A stretch of 64,000 nt of DNA, from contig DAOSXE010000008.1 of assembly GCA_035380285.1 (NCBI GenBank), positions 17,217 to 81,216 of the forward strand. The letters are read 5' to 3'. A model generated the notes under the pieces. That model had not been told where the DNA came from and did not search any database. It was given only the letters and a program-made list of their open reading frames with translations. Below, one piece after another: positions 15,290 through 24,699 of the stretch (positions are counted from its first letter, which is position 1; each line of letters opens with the position of its first letter). This stretch comes from a bacterium. GTDB taxonomy: Bacteria > Auribacterota > Erginobacteria > Erginobacterales > DAOSXE01. Made by a program: the position numbers and the translations under genes.

Positions 15290-16481
15290 TCCGGTCGGCC
15301 AGAGCCCGGGCCACGATCCTCCCTCCCTTGCTGGAGTAATGGGATTTTTTGTAGAGGCGGCTTTTCCCCTTCATCGCCGGGAGGGGGTCGACCACGATGA
15401 CGCCTTCTTTCTCCAAAGCCTGAAGAATCCGGTAGTGTGCCAATTCCTTGCCTGCTTCCGCCAGCTCGACGTCGTTCTCCTTGGGGATATGGAGCACGAT
15501 CGGGATCTCCCCGGCCTCCCGGGCCTCCCGGGCGAACTCTTCGAGAATTTTCTGGGCAACGGCCATGGGTTCGCTTTCCGGATCCCAGTAGTGGCGTCCG
15601 GGACGGTAGTCCCGCCGGCTCCCTGGGCGGGGGGCTTTCGGGCCGAGAACGGTGTGCAGAAGCCAGAGGAGACGGCTGGTGTAGATCGGAGAATTGGAAT
15701 AGTTGTCCGGGTTGTACCAGAACTCGTAAGCGGCCAACGGGGAGGAGGGAAGGTCGGCGATGGTATCGGCGACTTGTTCGGGAGGAACGACGGGGGAGTT
15801 GAGGAGCTCCAGTTCGTCGTTCTCTCCGAGGTAGAACCGGGGCTTGGAGAAGACCACGCCGGTGCGGCGGCTGTAAAAGATGCGGAAAATATTGACCGCG
15901 CGCTGCATGTTTTCCGGCTGGAACCCGAAAACCGCGATATCCGGTCCGTACCGTTTCCCTTCCAAGCGCCAGCGGAGGAACGCCTGCCCCATCCCGTAGG
16001 CCGGCACCCCGAAATTGAGGACTTCGGCGTCGATCCCGGCTTGAGCCAGGTCCTGTTCCAGGAACCGGCCCCAGGTCTTCCGAAACGGTTCTTCGTCCCC
16101 GTGGGTGAAGGAATCTCCGAAGAGGGCGATGCGCACGACCCCGGCGGGTTTGAGGAGCGAGTATTCCCGGGGCTCGGAACGGATGCCTTGGGCGTTGGAG
16201 CGGTAGAGCCCGTTCTGGCTGGAACGGTTAGTCCCGATGGTCCAGCCCAGGAGGGGATCCGCCACCACATAGGCTTCGTTTTCCCGCTCGGCGTAGACCC
16301 GGATTTTCTCCCGGGTCAGTTCCGCGGGGAAACGGTAGGGCCGCAGCGGGACGCCCTTGAAATAGGCCTGCCCGTCGATATCGGTTTCCGTCACCAGCCT
16401 GGCCGCCAGCTCGCAGAGTCCGAAACCGACGATAAGGGCGAAGCCCAGCAGAGCCAGATTCGCGCCCCGGCGGGGTTTCAT
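15222..16481 (-). CDS. SGNH/GDSL-type hydrolase family protein with N-terminal TM anchor (AlgX/AlgJ-like)
   Basis: N-terminal TM anchor then VRIALFGDSFTHGDEE (GDS motif block I), VLNFGVPAYGMGQ. Paralogous to 36977-38206, 62635-63684 and 24665-25915. Confidence 0.65.
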   Translation of the reverse strand: MKPRRGANLALLGFALIVGFGLCELAARLVTETDIDGQAYFKGVPLRPYRFPAELTREKIRVYAERENEAYVVADPLLGWTIGTNRSSQNGLYRSNAQGIRSEPREYSLLKPAGVVRIALFGDSFTHGDEEPFRKTWGRFLEQDLAQAGIDAEVLNFGVPAYGMGQAFLRWRLEGKRYGPDIAVFGFQPENMQRAVNIFRIFYSRRTGVVFSKPRFYLGENDELELLNSPVVPPEQVADTIADLPSSPLAAYEFWYNPDNYSNSPIYTSRLLWLLHTVLGPKAPRPGSRRDYRPGRHYWDPESEPMAVAQKILEEFAREAREAGEIPIVLHIPKENDVELAEAGKELAHYRILQALEKEGVIVVDPLPAMKGKSRLYKKSHYSSKGGRIVARALADRIIRELKPERPQAPLLPAPAPGP

Positions 16482-18760
16482 GAACCGGCGGCGGAAGGAT
16501 TAAAGGCCAGACGTCCGGTTACGGGAATGTCGTCCGTCCGACCCAGGTAGCAGCGGCTGACGTTCCGTATCCACCACAACCCCGTGGAACTCCGGAATAT
16601 CCCGATCTCTCCCGTGCCGTTTCCGCTGAAATCCGCGGGAACCGGCCGATCGGAGGCCGCCCCGAAATAGTGTTTGCCCCCGTCGGCCAGGGCCCAGAGC
16701 CCGGTGGAGGGGCGGAAGATCGCCGGCGTCTGCAGACCGGTTCCGGAATAGTTGGAAGGAACCGGAGCGTCGTCCCTGCGCCCGAAATATAATTTGGTGA
16801 TCCCCTGGATCGCCCACAGACCGGAGCCGGGGCGGAAGACTCCCCTGAACTTGACGTCGACGTAGTCGGGGTGGTAGTAGCCCGGTACGGGAATATCCCC
16901 GGCCTGCCCGAAAAAGGAACGGGTCAGGCCCCGGATCAGCCAGAGACCCTGGTCGGGACGGAAGACGGCGGCCTCGCAGGCGTGGTCCCAGCCGTTGTAG
17001 TCCCCCGGCACCGGCCAATCCCCCTCGCGCCCGAAGTACAGCCGGCTCACCCCCCGGCTCCACCACAGGCCATCCGCCGGGCGGAAGACGGCGACGTCGG
17101 TGGTCCCGTCGCCGTTGAAATCGCCGCAGGCGGGGAGGGCGCCCGGGCCCCCGAAATAAAACCGGCTCAGCCCCCGCAGCACCCACAGGCCGCTGTTTTC
17201 GCGGAAGACGGCGATGTCGGAGGTCCGGTCGCCGTCGAAATCGCCGCTGTCTTCATGGGAGTAGTCCGCCGCGCCGGGCGTGGGGATGGGGGAGGGAGAG
17301 GGGGAGGGGGAGGGAAAAGGCAGGCCGTCGTTCCAGGCTTCGGCGATCACCTGAGACCCTCCCGTCCAGACCGGGTGGATGCAATCCTCGACCAGAAGGC
17401 TCTCCCAGTCCCCATAGTCCCGGAAAGCCTGAAAGGGATCGGCGTAGGCGCAGTCCTTGATGGTGGTGGCGATCCCGATGATGTAGTTGCGCAGGTACTT
17501 GGTCCGATCGTAAAGATTGTCCCCGTCGCATCGGGGGATGACGGTGGCGATGACCGGCTCGACCCCTTTATCCCGGGACCGATCGATCATGGCTTCCAGG
17601 TTGGTGCTGATGGTTTCGTAGCCGACGCCGTCGCTGATATCGTTGGTTCCCGCCATGATCAGGATGCGGGCGGCCGGGTAGTTGTCGAGGACGTCGTCGA
17701 TTCCGGGACAGTAGCGGATGGGGTAACCGCCGCCGTGGAGGAGCTGCGCGGTGGTGCAGCCGGGATAGCCGTGGTTGTAGATGGTGTAGTTCGACCCGGG
17801 GAACCGCGCTTCCAGAATGTTCTCCAGGATGGGGATATAACACTTGCCCATGGGGGGGCCGTCGGTGCCGTAGGTGATGCTGTTGCCGTAGCCGATATAG
17901 GTGGTGGAGAGATCGCCGCGGCGCGCTCCCTCCGCGCCCGCTTCGACCGGGGGAGGGGAGACCGCCCAGGGCCTGAGAGCCCCCGCGGGGGTGAAGATCC
18001 AGGTCGTTCCCGGTGGAACCGGTTCGCTCCCCTCTTTCCAACCCCAGGCCGCGGGCGCGGGGAGGGACCGTTCGCTTTTCCCGGGCCGGGTTTGCCAATA
18101 CGCTCTGCCCCCGGCTACGAAGGGGGAAAACTGATCGGTCTCCGCCGGTTCTTCGGCCGCGGCCCGCGCCGCTCCTGCCGGGTCGCGCCGATAAATCTGG
18201 TAGAAGGAACCGTTCCACCCCTGCCAGACCGCGAACATCGTTCCGGCCCGATCCGCGCCCAGGGCCGGATTGACGTTGGGGGAGGTCCGGTTGGAGCTGA
18301 TCCCGGTTTCCGGGGTGAAACCGTCGCCGTCCCATCTCGACCAGAAGATGCCCGTCCCCGTTTCCCGTTCCGAAGCCCAGGCCACGACCGGGACGTTGCC
18401 GGCCATGCCCAGGGCCGGCGTCATGTCCCATCCCCGGGAGGACGAGACCCGCATCGGTTCCGACCAGCTTCCCGGGGCTCCCCGGGCCGCCACGATCGCG
18501 GGGGGGGAGTCTCCCTGTTCGGCCGCCCAGACCACCCAGACGGTCCCGTCGGGGGCCGCGGCCACCGCCGGAGCGTGGTTGCGGTCGAAACGGTCCGCGG
18601 GGGGGAAAGGGTATTCGACGGCGCCGGCCGGATCCCAGCGTCGGAGGGTGACGGGGTTTCCGGGAAGTTCCCGGGCGACTTCGACGGACCAGGTTTGGGC
18701 CGGTGCCCCCCGCCCCGAGAGCGCTAAAAGCAACGCGGCGATCGCGGTCGAACGTTTCAT
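16478..18760 (-). CDS. secreted multidomain protein: N-terminal beta-propeller-like region, central SGNH/GDSL hydrolase domain, C-terminal FG-GAP/VCBS-like repeats
   Basis: Signal peptide MKRSTAIAALLLALSGRGAPAQT; GYGNSITYGTD ... IMAGTNDI ... EDCIHP (SGNH blocks I, III, V); PSPSPSPSPIPTP linker; about 6 FG-GAP-like repeats; C-terminal tail DDIPVTGRLAFNPSAAGS. Confidence 0.8.
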   Translation of the reverse strand: MKRSTAIAALLLALSGRGAPAQTWSVEVARELPGNPVTLRRWDPAGAVEYPFPPADRFDRNHAPAVAAAPDGTVWVVWAAEQGDSPPAIVAARGAPGSWSEPMRVSSSRGWDMTPALGMAGNVPVVAWASERETGTGIFWSRWDGDGFTPETGISSNRTSPNVNPALGADRAGTMFAVWQGWNGSFYQIYRRDPAGAARAAAEEPAETDQFSPFVAGGRAYWQTRPGKSERSLPAPAAWGWKEGSEPVPPGTTWIFTPAGALRPWAVSPPPVEAGAEGARRGDLSTTYIGYGNSITYGTDGPPMGKCYIPILENILEARFPGSNYTIYNHGYPGCTTAQLLHGGGYPIRYCPGIDDVLDNYPAARILIMAGTNDISDGVGYETISTNLEAMIDRSRDKGVEPVIATVIPRCDGDNLYDRTKYLRNYIIGIATTIKDCAYADPFQAFRDYGDWESLLVEDCIHPVWTGGSQVIAEAWNDGLPFPSPSPSPSPIPTPGAADYSHEDSGDFDGDRTSDIAVFRENSGLWVLRGLSRFYFGGPGALPACGDFNGDGTTDVAVFRPADGLWWSRGVSRLYFGREGDWPVPGDYNGWDHACEAAVFRPDQGLWLIRGLTRSFFGQAGDIPVPGYYHPDYVDVKFRGVFRPGSGLWAIQGITKLYFGRRDDAPVPSNYSGTGLQTPAIFRPSTGLWALADGGKHYFGAASDRPVPADFSGNGTGEIGIFRSSTGLWWIRNVSRCYLGRTDDIPVTGRLAFNPSAAGS

Positions 18761-18789
18761 AAGTATCTTGCCTTGTGCCCGCCGGCCGA

Positions 18790-18840
18790 CGGGAATGTTC
18801 CGAGAAAAAAATTTATTGTAGTATTATACGGCGTTTTCGC
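18790..18840. promoter_or_regulatory. AT-rich divergent promoter region (aaaaaaatttattgtagtattatacgg): TGtAGTATTAT on plus, perfect TATAAT on minus
   Basis: The only AT-rich stretch in the 108-bp gap between divergent genes. Distances to both start codons are about 45 nt. Confidence 0.4.
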
Positions 18841-18868
18841 GGTCTACAACAAGGAAAGAGGGAGAGCC

Positions 18869-20095
18869 GTGCCCCGCAAGAAACTCAGGTTTTGCCTGGT
18901 GACCACGTTTTATCCGCCCTTCCACCCGGGCGGCTGCGGTCTCCACGTCTACCACCTCGCCAATCTTCTGGCCGCCGACGGCCATGAGGTGGTCGTGGCC
19001 GCGTCGGCCGGCGCCCACGCCGTGAAAATCTCCGAACGCCGGCCGGGCGAATACCCCCACCACCCCGGGGTGCGCGTGGTCAGAGTCGAGGGGGGGAGGG
19101 GGGAAGCGTTGGCCACGTACCTGGCCGGCAGGGGGTTGAAGGCTTCCCGGGCCCTGCGCGGAGTGCTGGAACGGGAGCACGACGTCGTTCATTACCACAA
19201 CATCTCGCTGTTCGGGGGGATCCGCTCCCTGGGGTGGGGTTCCGGGCTCAAGCTCTTTACCCAGCACACCTACTGGCTGCTCTGTCCGTCTCACTACCTG
19301 TGGAAGCACGGCCGGGAACCGTGCCGCCGCCCGTCCTGTCTTTCCTGCCTGCTGCGGGCGGGCAAGCCCCCCGCTCCCTGGCGCTGGGGCGGCGGCTGGC
19401 GCCGGCTCTTGGAGGGAGTCGATTCCCTGATCATGCCCTGCCGGTACATGCTGGAACGGCACCGCGCCGCGGGCTTCGGGGAAAGAATGGACCGCCTTCC
19501 TTACTTCGTGGCCCCGGTCGCCCCGTCTGCGGATGCCGCCCCCGGGCGGGAAGCTCCGCCGGGCCCGTTTTTTCTGCTCGTGACCCGTCTGGAGCGTTAC
19601 AAGGGGCCCCGATTGGCGGTGGAAGCCTTCATGCGCACCTCGGGCGACGTCGGACTGGTGGTGGTGGGGACGGGCAGCATGGCGGGGGAGCTGCGGGCCC
19701 TGGCCGCCGCGGACGGCAGGGTGAAGTTCCTCGATTATGTCGCCCCCCGGGACCTGGAATGGTACTATGCCCATGCGACGGCTCTGCTGGCGCCCTCGCT
19801 CTGGCCGGAGATGGGCAACCAGACGGTACTGCAGGCGGCCTCGTGCGGGACGCCCGCGCTCGCTTCCCGCTCCGGGTGTCTCCCGGAACTGGTCGGCGAG
19901 CACGGCGCCGGACTGATGTTCGAGGGCCCGGAGGAGTTGACCGAGGCCATGGAACGGATTCGGGATCCGGATCTCCGCCGCCGGCTCGGCGACCGGGCCC
20001 GGGCGGCGTTCCGGGCGGAATACACGCCGGAAGTCTTTTTGCGGAGATATTACCGGCTCATCGACGACCTGACGGGAGAGGGGGGAGGGGCATGA
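18869..20095 (+). CDS. GT4 family glycosyltransferase (GT-B, glycosyl transferases group 1)
   Basis: GTG 18869 preceded by the strong RBS aaggaaagagggagagcc. FYPP..GG.GLHVYHLA..L...GH.V; C-terminal E-x7-E-type region (LLAPSLWPEMGNQTVLQAASCGTPALASRSGCLPELV). The six-frame ORF from 18773 is an extension. Confidence 0.8.
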   Translation: MPRKKLRFCLVTTFYPPFHPGGCGLHVYHLANLLAADGHEVVVAASAGAHAVKISERRPGEYPHHPGVRVVRVEGGRGEALATYLAGRGLKASRALRGVLEREHDVVHYHNISLFGGIRSLGWGSGLKLFTQHTYWLLCPSHYLWKHGREPCRRPSCLSCLLRAGKPPAPWRWGGGWRRLLEGVDSLIMPCRYMLERHRAAGFGERMDRLPYFVAPVAPSADAAPGREAPPGPFFLLVTRLERYKGPRLAVEAFMRTSGDVGLVVVGTGSMAGELRALAAADGRVKFLDYVAPRDLEWYYAHATALLAPSLWPEMGNQTVLQAASCGTPALASRSGCLPELVGEHGAGLMFEGPEELTEAMERIRDPDLRRRLGDRARAAFRAEYTPEVFLRRYYRLIDDLTGEGGGA

Positions 20096-22002
20096 AAAAC
20101 CAACGGATCGTCTCCGCGGGAGCTTTGGCGGCCGCCTGCCTTCTGGCGGTGTCGGTTTTGTCTTCCTGCGGTTCCCCGGAGGGAAGCCGGCCCGATGTCG
20201 TTTTCGTCCTTCTCGACGCCCTGCGCCCGGATCACCTGGGGATCTACGGATACGGCGGCGGCACCTCTCCCCGCTTGGACGAGATGGCGCGGTCGGGGGC
20301 GGTTTTCCGCAACCACTTCGCCAACGGGACCTATACCCGCGCCTCCGTCCCGACGTATTTTTATTCCCGTTATTACATCAAGTCGCTTTTCCCGGCCGAT
20401 CGCCGGCTTCCCCTGGAAAGTCCGGAGAACCTTTTCCGGGTTCTGGACCCGCAAGCCCTCTCCCTGGCCGCCCTCTTCAAGGCCAACGGGTACCATACCG
20501 TGCTTTTCTCGGCTCATCCCTGGTTCATCAGGGGCCACGAGCTGGTCGGCGATTTCGACGAGTTTTATCGGGTCTCAGGGGCGAAGAGCGCGCACGGCGA
20601 AGCGGACGAAGTCGTCAAACGGGTGGAGGAGTGGATCGCCGCCCGCGGCGAGGACCACCGTCCCTATTTCCTCTACATTCACATGATGGACACTCATTTC
20701 CCGCACGTCCGCCGCGCCGAGACCGAACGTTTCCTGGAAGGGGTGGATCCCGGGGAACCGGAACGGTTCGACTGGCGGGGTTATTTCCGGGGCCAGGAGA
20801 TGGGGAAGTGGGGGCTTTGGTGGCTTCCAGGCGACTTCGGGCCGGAGGACAGGCGTTATCTTCATGCCCTCTACGACGGGGACGTGGCTTTCAGCGATTT
20901 CTGGGTGGGGAGGCTCGTCGATTTCCTGCAGGCCCGCGGCCGCGCCGACGACACGCTTTTCCTGATCACCGCCGACCACGGGGAGCATCTGGGGGACCAC
21001 GGCCTGGCCGAACACGGCGGCCCTCCCTGGGATTCCGTTCTTCGGGTCCCCCTGATTCTCCGCTACCCCGCCGGGATCCCCGCCGGAACCGAAGTGAAGA
21101 AAATCACCGAGATGGTCGACATTCTCCCCACGCTGGCGGGGCTTCTGAATCTGAAGGTGCCCCCGGGAAAACGCTTCGACGGGAAAGACGCCTTCGCCTC
21201 CTCGACCGGCCCCGACTGCGCTTTGGGCCGCGATTTCCTCCGCGACGACAGGTTCAAATACTTTACCGACCCCGACGGCGTCCCCCATCTGTACGACCTC
21301 GCCCGCGACCCGAGCGAGGAGACGAACCTGGCTTCGGAACTTCCGGGCGAGGTCGAGCGCCTGACCGCTCTCAAAGCCAAGCTCCTGTTCGCCTCCCGCC
21401 GGCGTTACGAGGCGGCGGTCACGACTTCCCCGCCGAACCTTCCCTTCGCCATCTCCGCCGACTTCTTCACGCTTTCCTCCGCTTCCAAGGTTCTGGAGAT
21501 AAGCCGTTACGGCTACCCTTCGCCGGACGGTGAAATCGCCGCCGCGGCGGACTCCGAACCGGTCTGGATACACAATCGGATCGCGGGCCGCTACTATGTC
21601 CTGGGCCGGAACCGGGACCTTCTCCGCCCGCTCCAGGTTTCCTTCGCGGTTCCCGACGGGGAGTACCGGGTGGGGATGGGGGTGTTGAACGCCGCCGATT
21701 TCCGGGGCGGCGCCCTCACCCGCTGCCGGGTCGCCGTCGGCCGCGACGATCCGGCCGCGGCCGTCCCCGTCGATCCCGCGAACGAGGCCGACGGATTGGC
21801 GGACCTGGGCCCCTGCCGGATCGAGGGGGGGGTCTTCCGCGCCTTTGTCTATCCGGAACCGGCTCCGGACTGGACATCGATTCTGTATTTCGGCTTCGAA
21901 CCGGTCGGCGCCCCGGGGCGGCCCGCCGCCGCGGGGGGCGAGGACGGGGAAAGTTCCGCCGATCGGGTCGAAAAGATTAAAACCCTGGGCTACATGAACT
22001 GA
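20092..22002 (+). CDS. sulfatase-family (alkaline-phosphatase superfamily) lipoprotein, Thr-nucleophile type (phosphoglycerol/phosphoethanolamine transferase-like or hydrolase)
   Basis: ATGA overlap with the upstream GT4. Lipoprotein signal MKNQRIVSAGALAAACLLAVSVLSSC. VVFVLLDALRPDHLGIYGYG ... NGTYTRASVPTYF (G-T-x-T-x-x-S-VP as in EptA-like enzymes; no C-x-P-x-R). The ORF from 19234 is an extension. Confidence 0.6.
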   Translation: MKNQRIVSAGALAAACLLAVSVLSSCGSPEGSRPDVVFVLLDALRPDHLGIYGYGGGTSPRLDEMARSGAVFRNHFANGTYTRASVPTYFYSRYYIKSLFPADRRLPLESPENLFRVLDPQALSLAALFKANGYHTVLFSAHPWFIRGHELVGDFDEFYRVSGAKSAHGEADEVVKRVEEWIAARGEDHRPYFLYIHMMDTHFPHVRRAETERFLEGVDPGEPERFDWRGYFRGQEMGKWGLWWLPGDFGPEDRRYLHALYDGDVAFSDFWVGRLVDFLQARGRADDTLFLITADHGEHLGDHGLAEHGGPPWDSVLRVPLILRYPAGIPAGTEVKKITEMVDILPTLAGLLNLKVPPGKRFDGKDAFASSTGPDCALGRDFLRDDRFKYFTDPDGVPHLYDLARDPSEETNLASELPGEVERLTALKAKLLFASRRRYEAAVTTSPPNLPFAISADFFTLSSASKVLEISRYGYPSPDGEIAAAADSEPVWIHNRIAGRYYVLGRNRDLLRPLQVSFAVPDGEYRVGMGVLNAADFRGGALTRCRVAVGRDDPAAAVPVDPANEADGLADLGPCRIEGGVFRAFVYPEPAPDWTSILYFGFEPVGAPGRPAAAGGEDGESSADRVEKIKTLGYMN

Positions 22003-22043
22003 ATCGGAAGCGGATTGCGGCCGCCGGCCGGGAGAAGAAGACG

Positions 22044-23744
22044 ATGGAGGGTTGCGGGAGAATTCACGGTTACGAGACGCGGATGACGGCGGCCGCGCTG
22101 AGGTTGCTGGGCCTGGCCGACCGCGACCCCCTCTCCCCCACCTTCGCCTGTTTCGATTATCCCTTCTGGCGGAGCAAGACCGCGACGTACGTCAACGCCC
22201 GCCTCCAGGAGGCGGTCTACTCCCTGGCGCTGCTCTACCGGGAGGAATTCCCGGGAAACGATTGGCGGGGCCGGCTGGAGATCTTCGAACTGGCGCGCGC
22301 GGGGATGCTCTTCTGGTCGGACTTGCAGCACCCGGACGGTTCTTTCGACGAATGGTACCGCGGAGAACACGGCTTTGCCGCCACCGCCTTTTCCGCCTTC
22401 GCCGTCTCCCGCGCTTTCGGCCTGTTGGAGCCGGACCTGGACGAGAACTCCCGCGAACGCCTGAAGAAAACTTTCGCCCGCGCCGGGACCTGGCTCTCCC
22501 GGCATGACGACCTGGACAAGCTCAACCACGAGGCGGTGGCGGCCGCCGCGCTGTACTCCCTGGGGGAGGCGCTCCAGGTCCCCGGATTCGCCGCCGCCGC
22601 CTCCGACAAGGCGCGAAAAGTGCTGGAACGCCAGACCGGGGAAGGCTGGTTCCCCGAGCTGGGGGGGCTGGACAGCGGGTACTCGTTTCTCACCCTGGAG
22701 TACCTGGCCCAATGCTGGACCTTCTCCCGCGCACCGGCTCTGGCCGGGGCCCTGGAAAAGGCGCTCGGGTTTCTGCTCGACCTCGTCCAGCCGGACCTGA
22801 CCACCGGCCGCGAATACAACCTCTGCGGCAATTCCTACGTGTCGCTTCTGGGCGCGGCGATCATGGCCGAATTTTCACCGGCGGCCCGGGAGCTTTTCCT
22901 CCAGGGCGCTTCCCGCTCCAACGCTCTCGACCAGCTCGCTCAGGACGACCTCAGCGCCTGCTATCATCTCTACAACGGGCTGCTCTCCGTGCTCCACTAT
23001 CGGCGCTGGTGCCGTCTCTACGACGAGACCGCGGCCCGGCTCCCCTGTCAGGGCCCCCCCTTCATCCGGGTCTGGCCCGAAGCCGGCTTGGTCGCGGCGC
23101 GGACCGGCGCTTATTACGCACTCTGCTCCGCCCGGGCCGGGGGCACGGTCAAGATCTACCCCGATGCCCTCCCCGAGACGCAACTGTGGAAGGACGCGGG
23201 TTATCGGTTGACCGCCGGCGGCCGGACGCTGGCCACCGGCGGCTGGTCGCCGGCGGGGCGCCTGGAAGTTCTCTCGGAGACCGCGTTCCGGGTCCGGGCC
23301 GGCTTTCGGGAGGTCTCGTATTTCTTCCCCGGCCGCTGGCTGAGGATGATGGTTTCCCTGATCAGCGCGGTCCCGGGCGGTTATCTGCTGATCAAGAAAG
23401 GGATGGACCTGGTTCGGAAGCGCAAGAGCGCTTCGCTGCAGCTTTCCCGAGTGTCCGGCGCCCGTTCCCGGGGAGGGCTGACGAGGAAAGTGGAGTTTAC
23501 CCCTCAAAGCGTCCGGATCGGCGATCTCCTCGAACGCGCGTCCGCGGAACCCCTCCGGGCAGCCGCGGCGGAAATCTCCGTGTATTCCCGGGGGGTGTTG
23601 ATCGCGCGCCCCGCGGGGGAACCGACGGCGTCCCTGCCCGGAGCGCTGGTCCGCGGCCGGCAGGTTCGCGTCGAAAAAGAGATCGCCTTCCCCGCCGGCG
23701 CGTTCACGGTCCGGATCACGGGCGGGGACGTCGATGGGGAGTAG
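22044..23744 (+). CDS. hypothetical protein (possible alpha/alpha-toroid glycan-processing enzyme; no confident family assignment)
   Basis: Clean 566-aa ORF with RBS gggagaagaag, non-repetitive, Trp/aromatic-rich helical N-terminal two thirds. Confidence 0.55.
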   Translation: MEGCGRIHGYETRMTAAALRLLGLADRDPLSPTFACFDYPFWRSKTATYVNARLQEAVYSLALLYREEFPGNDWRGRLEIFELARAGMLFWSDLQHPDGSFDEWYRGEHGFAATAFSAFAVSRAFGLLEPDLDENSRERLKKTFARAGTWLSRHDDLDKLNHEAVAAAALYSLGEALQVPGFAAAASDKARKVLERQTGEGWFPELGGLDSGYSFLTLEYLAQCWTFSRAPALAGALEKALGFLLDLVQPDLTTGREYNLCGNSYVSLLGAAIMAEFSPAARELFLQGASRSNALDQLAQDDLSACYHLYNGLLSVLHYRRWCRLYDETAARLPCQGPPFIRVWPEAGLVAARTGAYYALCSARAGGTVKIYPDALPETQLWKDAGYRLTAGGRTLATGGWSPAGRLEVLSETAFRVRAGFREVSYFFPGRWLRMMVSLISAVPGGYLLIKKGMDLVRKRKSASLQLSRVSGARSRGGLTRKVEFTPQSVRIGDLLERASAEPLRAAAAEISVYSRGVLIARPAGEPTASLPGALVRGRQVRVEKEIAFPAGAFTVRITGGDVDGE

Positions 23745-24699
23745 ATCGAAACCGTCCGGCCCGCTGTTCCGGGCCCTTCAGATCCTGGTCCTGGCGGCCG
23801 TTGCCTTCTTCCTGGGCCGCTATCTTTACCGGCTGGATTGGACTCGGTTCTGGAAGGAGCTGTCGGGAGCTTCTCCCGGGGGCCTGGTTCTTTCCATGGG
23901 CCTGACCGTGCTGGGGGGGCTTCTGGTCGCCTGGGGGTGGAGTTTCATCCTGCGGTCCCTGGGCAGCTTCGTCCCCCACCGCGCCGCCGTCCGGATCTAC
24001 TTTCTCAGCGAGATGGCCAAATACATTCCGGGAAAGATCTGGACCGCGGTCGGCCGGGCGGTGATGCTGGAAAAGTGGTCGGTCCCCAAAACGGTGACCG
24101 TCTCCACCGTGGGGATCATGTTGATCGTCCTGGCCGCTTCCGGAGTGGTGGTTGCGCTCCTCTCCCTGCCGTTCTGGCCTTCCCTGGACGCGGCGGGCAT
24201 ATCCACCGGGTTTTTCCCGGTGTTGTTCCTGCTCCTGCCGGCGGCTCTGATCCTGCTGCATCCCCGGGTTTTCGATCCGGTGCTCAACTGGTTCCTGCGC
24301 CGGATCGAACGGGTCGACGCGCCCGTGCACCTGCATTACGGCCGGACGGTGCTCTTGGTCCTGTATTGGACCGGACTCTGGCTGATCAAGGGTCTCGCTA
24401 CCTGGATCCTGCTGGCGGCGATATTTCCGCTTCCCCGGGTGCCCCCGCTCCCCTGGCTCTCACTCTCGGGGGTGATGGCGGTCTCCTGGATCGTCGGAGT
24501 CGTCAGTCCCTTCACCCCCGCCGGGCTGGGCATCGCCGAACTGACCATCGCCCTCCTGCTCCCGGCGCTTTTCGGGCTGGACGCTTCGTCCAGCGCCGTT
24601 TTCGCGTTTCTCTGCCGGATCTGGGCGGTTATCGCCGATCTGATCTGCGTGGGGCTGTCGGCTGTTATCGGCTCGCGCCGGGTCGGGGGGGGGCGGTAA
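23734..24699 (+). CDS. polytopic membrane protein, UPF0104/LPG_synthase_TM flippase-like family
   Basis: About 8 TM helices (LQILVLAAVAFFLGRYLYRLDW..., EMAKYIPGKIWTAVGRAVM). This family commonly accompanies GT2 enzymes. Overlaps the upstream gene by 11 nt. Confidence 0.5.
   Translation: MGSRSKPSGPLFRALQILVLAAVAFFLGRYLYRLDWTRFWKELSGASPGGLVLSMGLTVLGGLLVAWGWSFILRSLGSFVPHRAAVRIYFLSEMAKYIPGKIWTAVGRAVMLEKWSVPKTVTVSTVGIMLIVLAASGVVVALLSLPFWPSLDAAGISTGFFPVLFLLLPAALILLHPRVFDPVLNWFLRRIERVDAPVHLHYGRTVLLVLYWTGLWLIKGLATWILLAAIFPLPRVPPLPWLSLSGVMAVSWIVGVVSPFTPAGLGIAELTIALLLPALFGLDASSSAVFAFLCRIWAVIADLICVGLSAVIGSRRVGGGR

Noticed and set aside
10076-22002. SPASM radical SAM as an anaerobic sulfatase-maturating enzyme for the sulfatase-family lipoprotein
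   Set aside because: The sulfatase-family protein lacks the C/S-x-P-x-R formylglycine motif and instead has a Thr-containing G-T-x-T-x-x-S-VP segment, as in phosphotransferases. The two genes are 9 kb apart in different operons.
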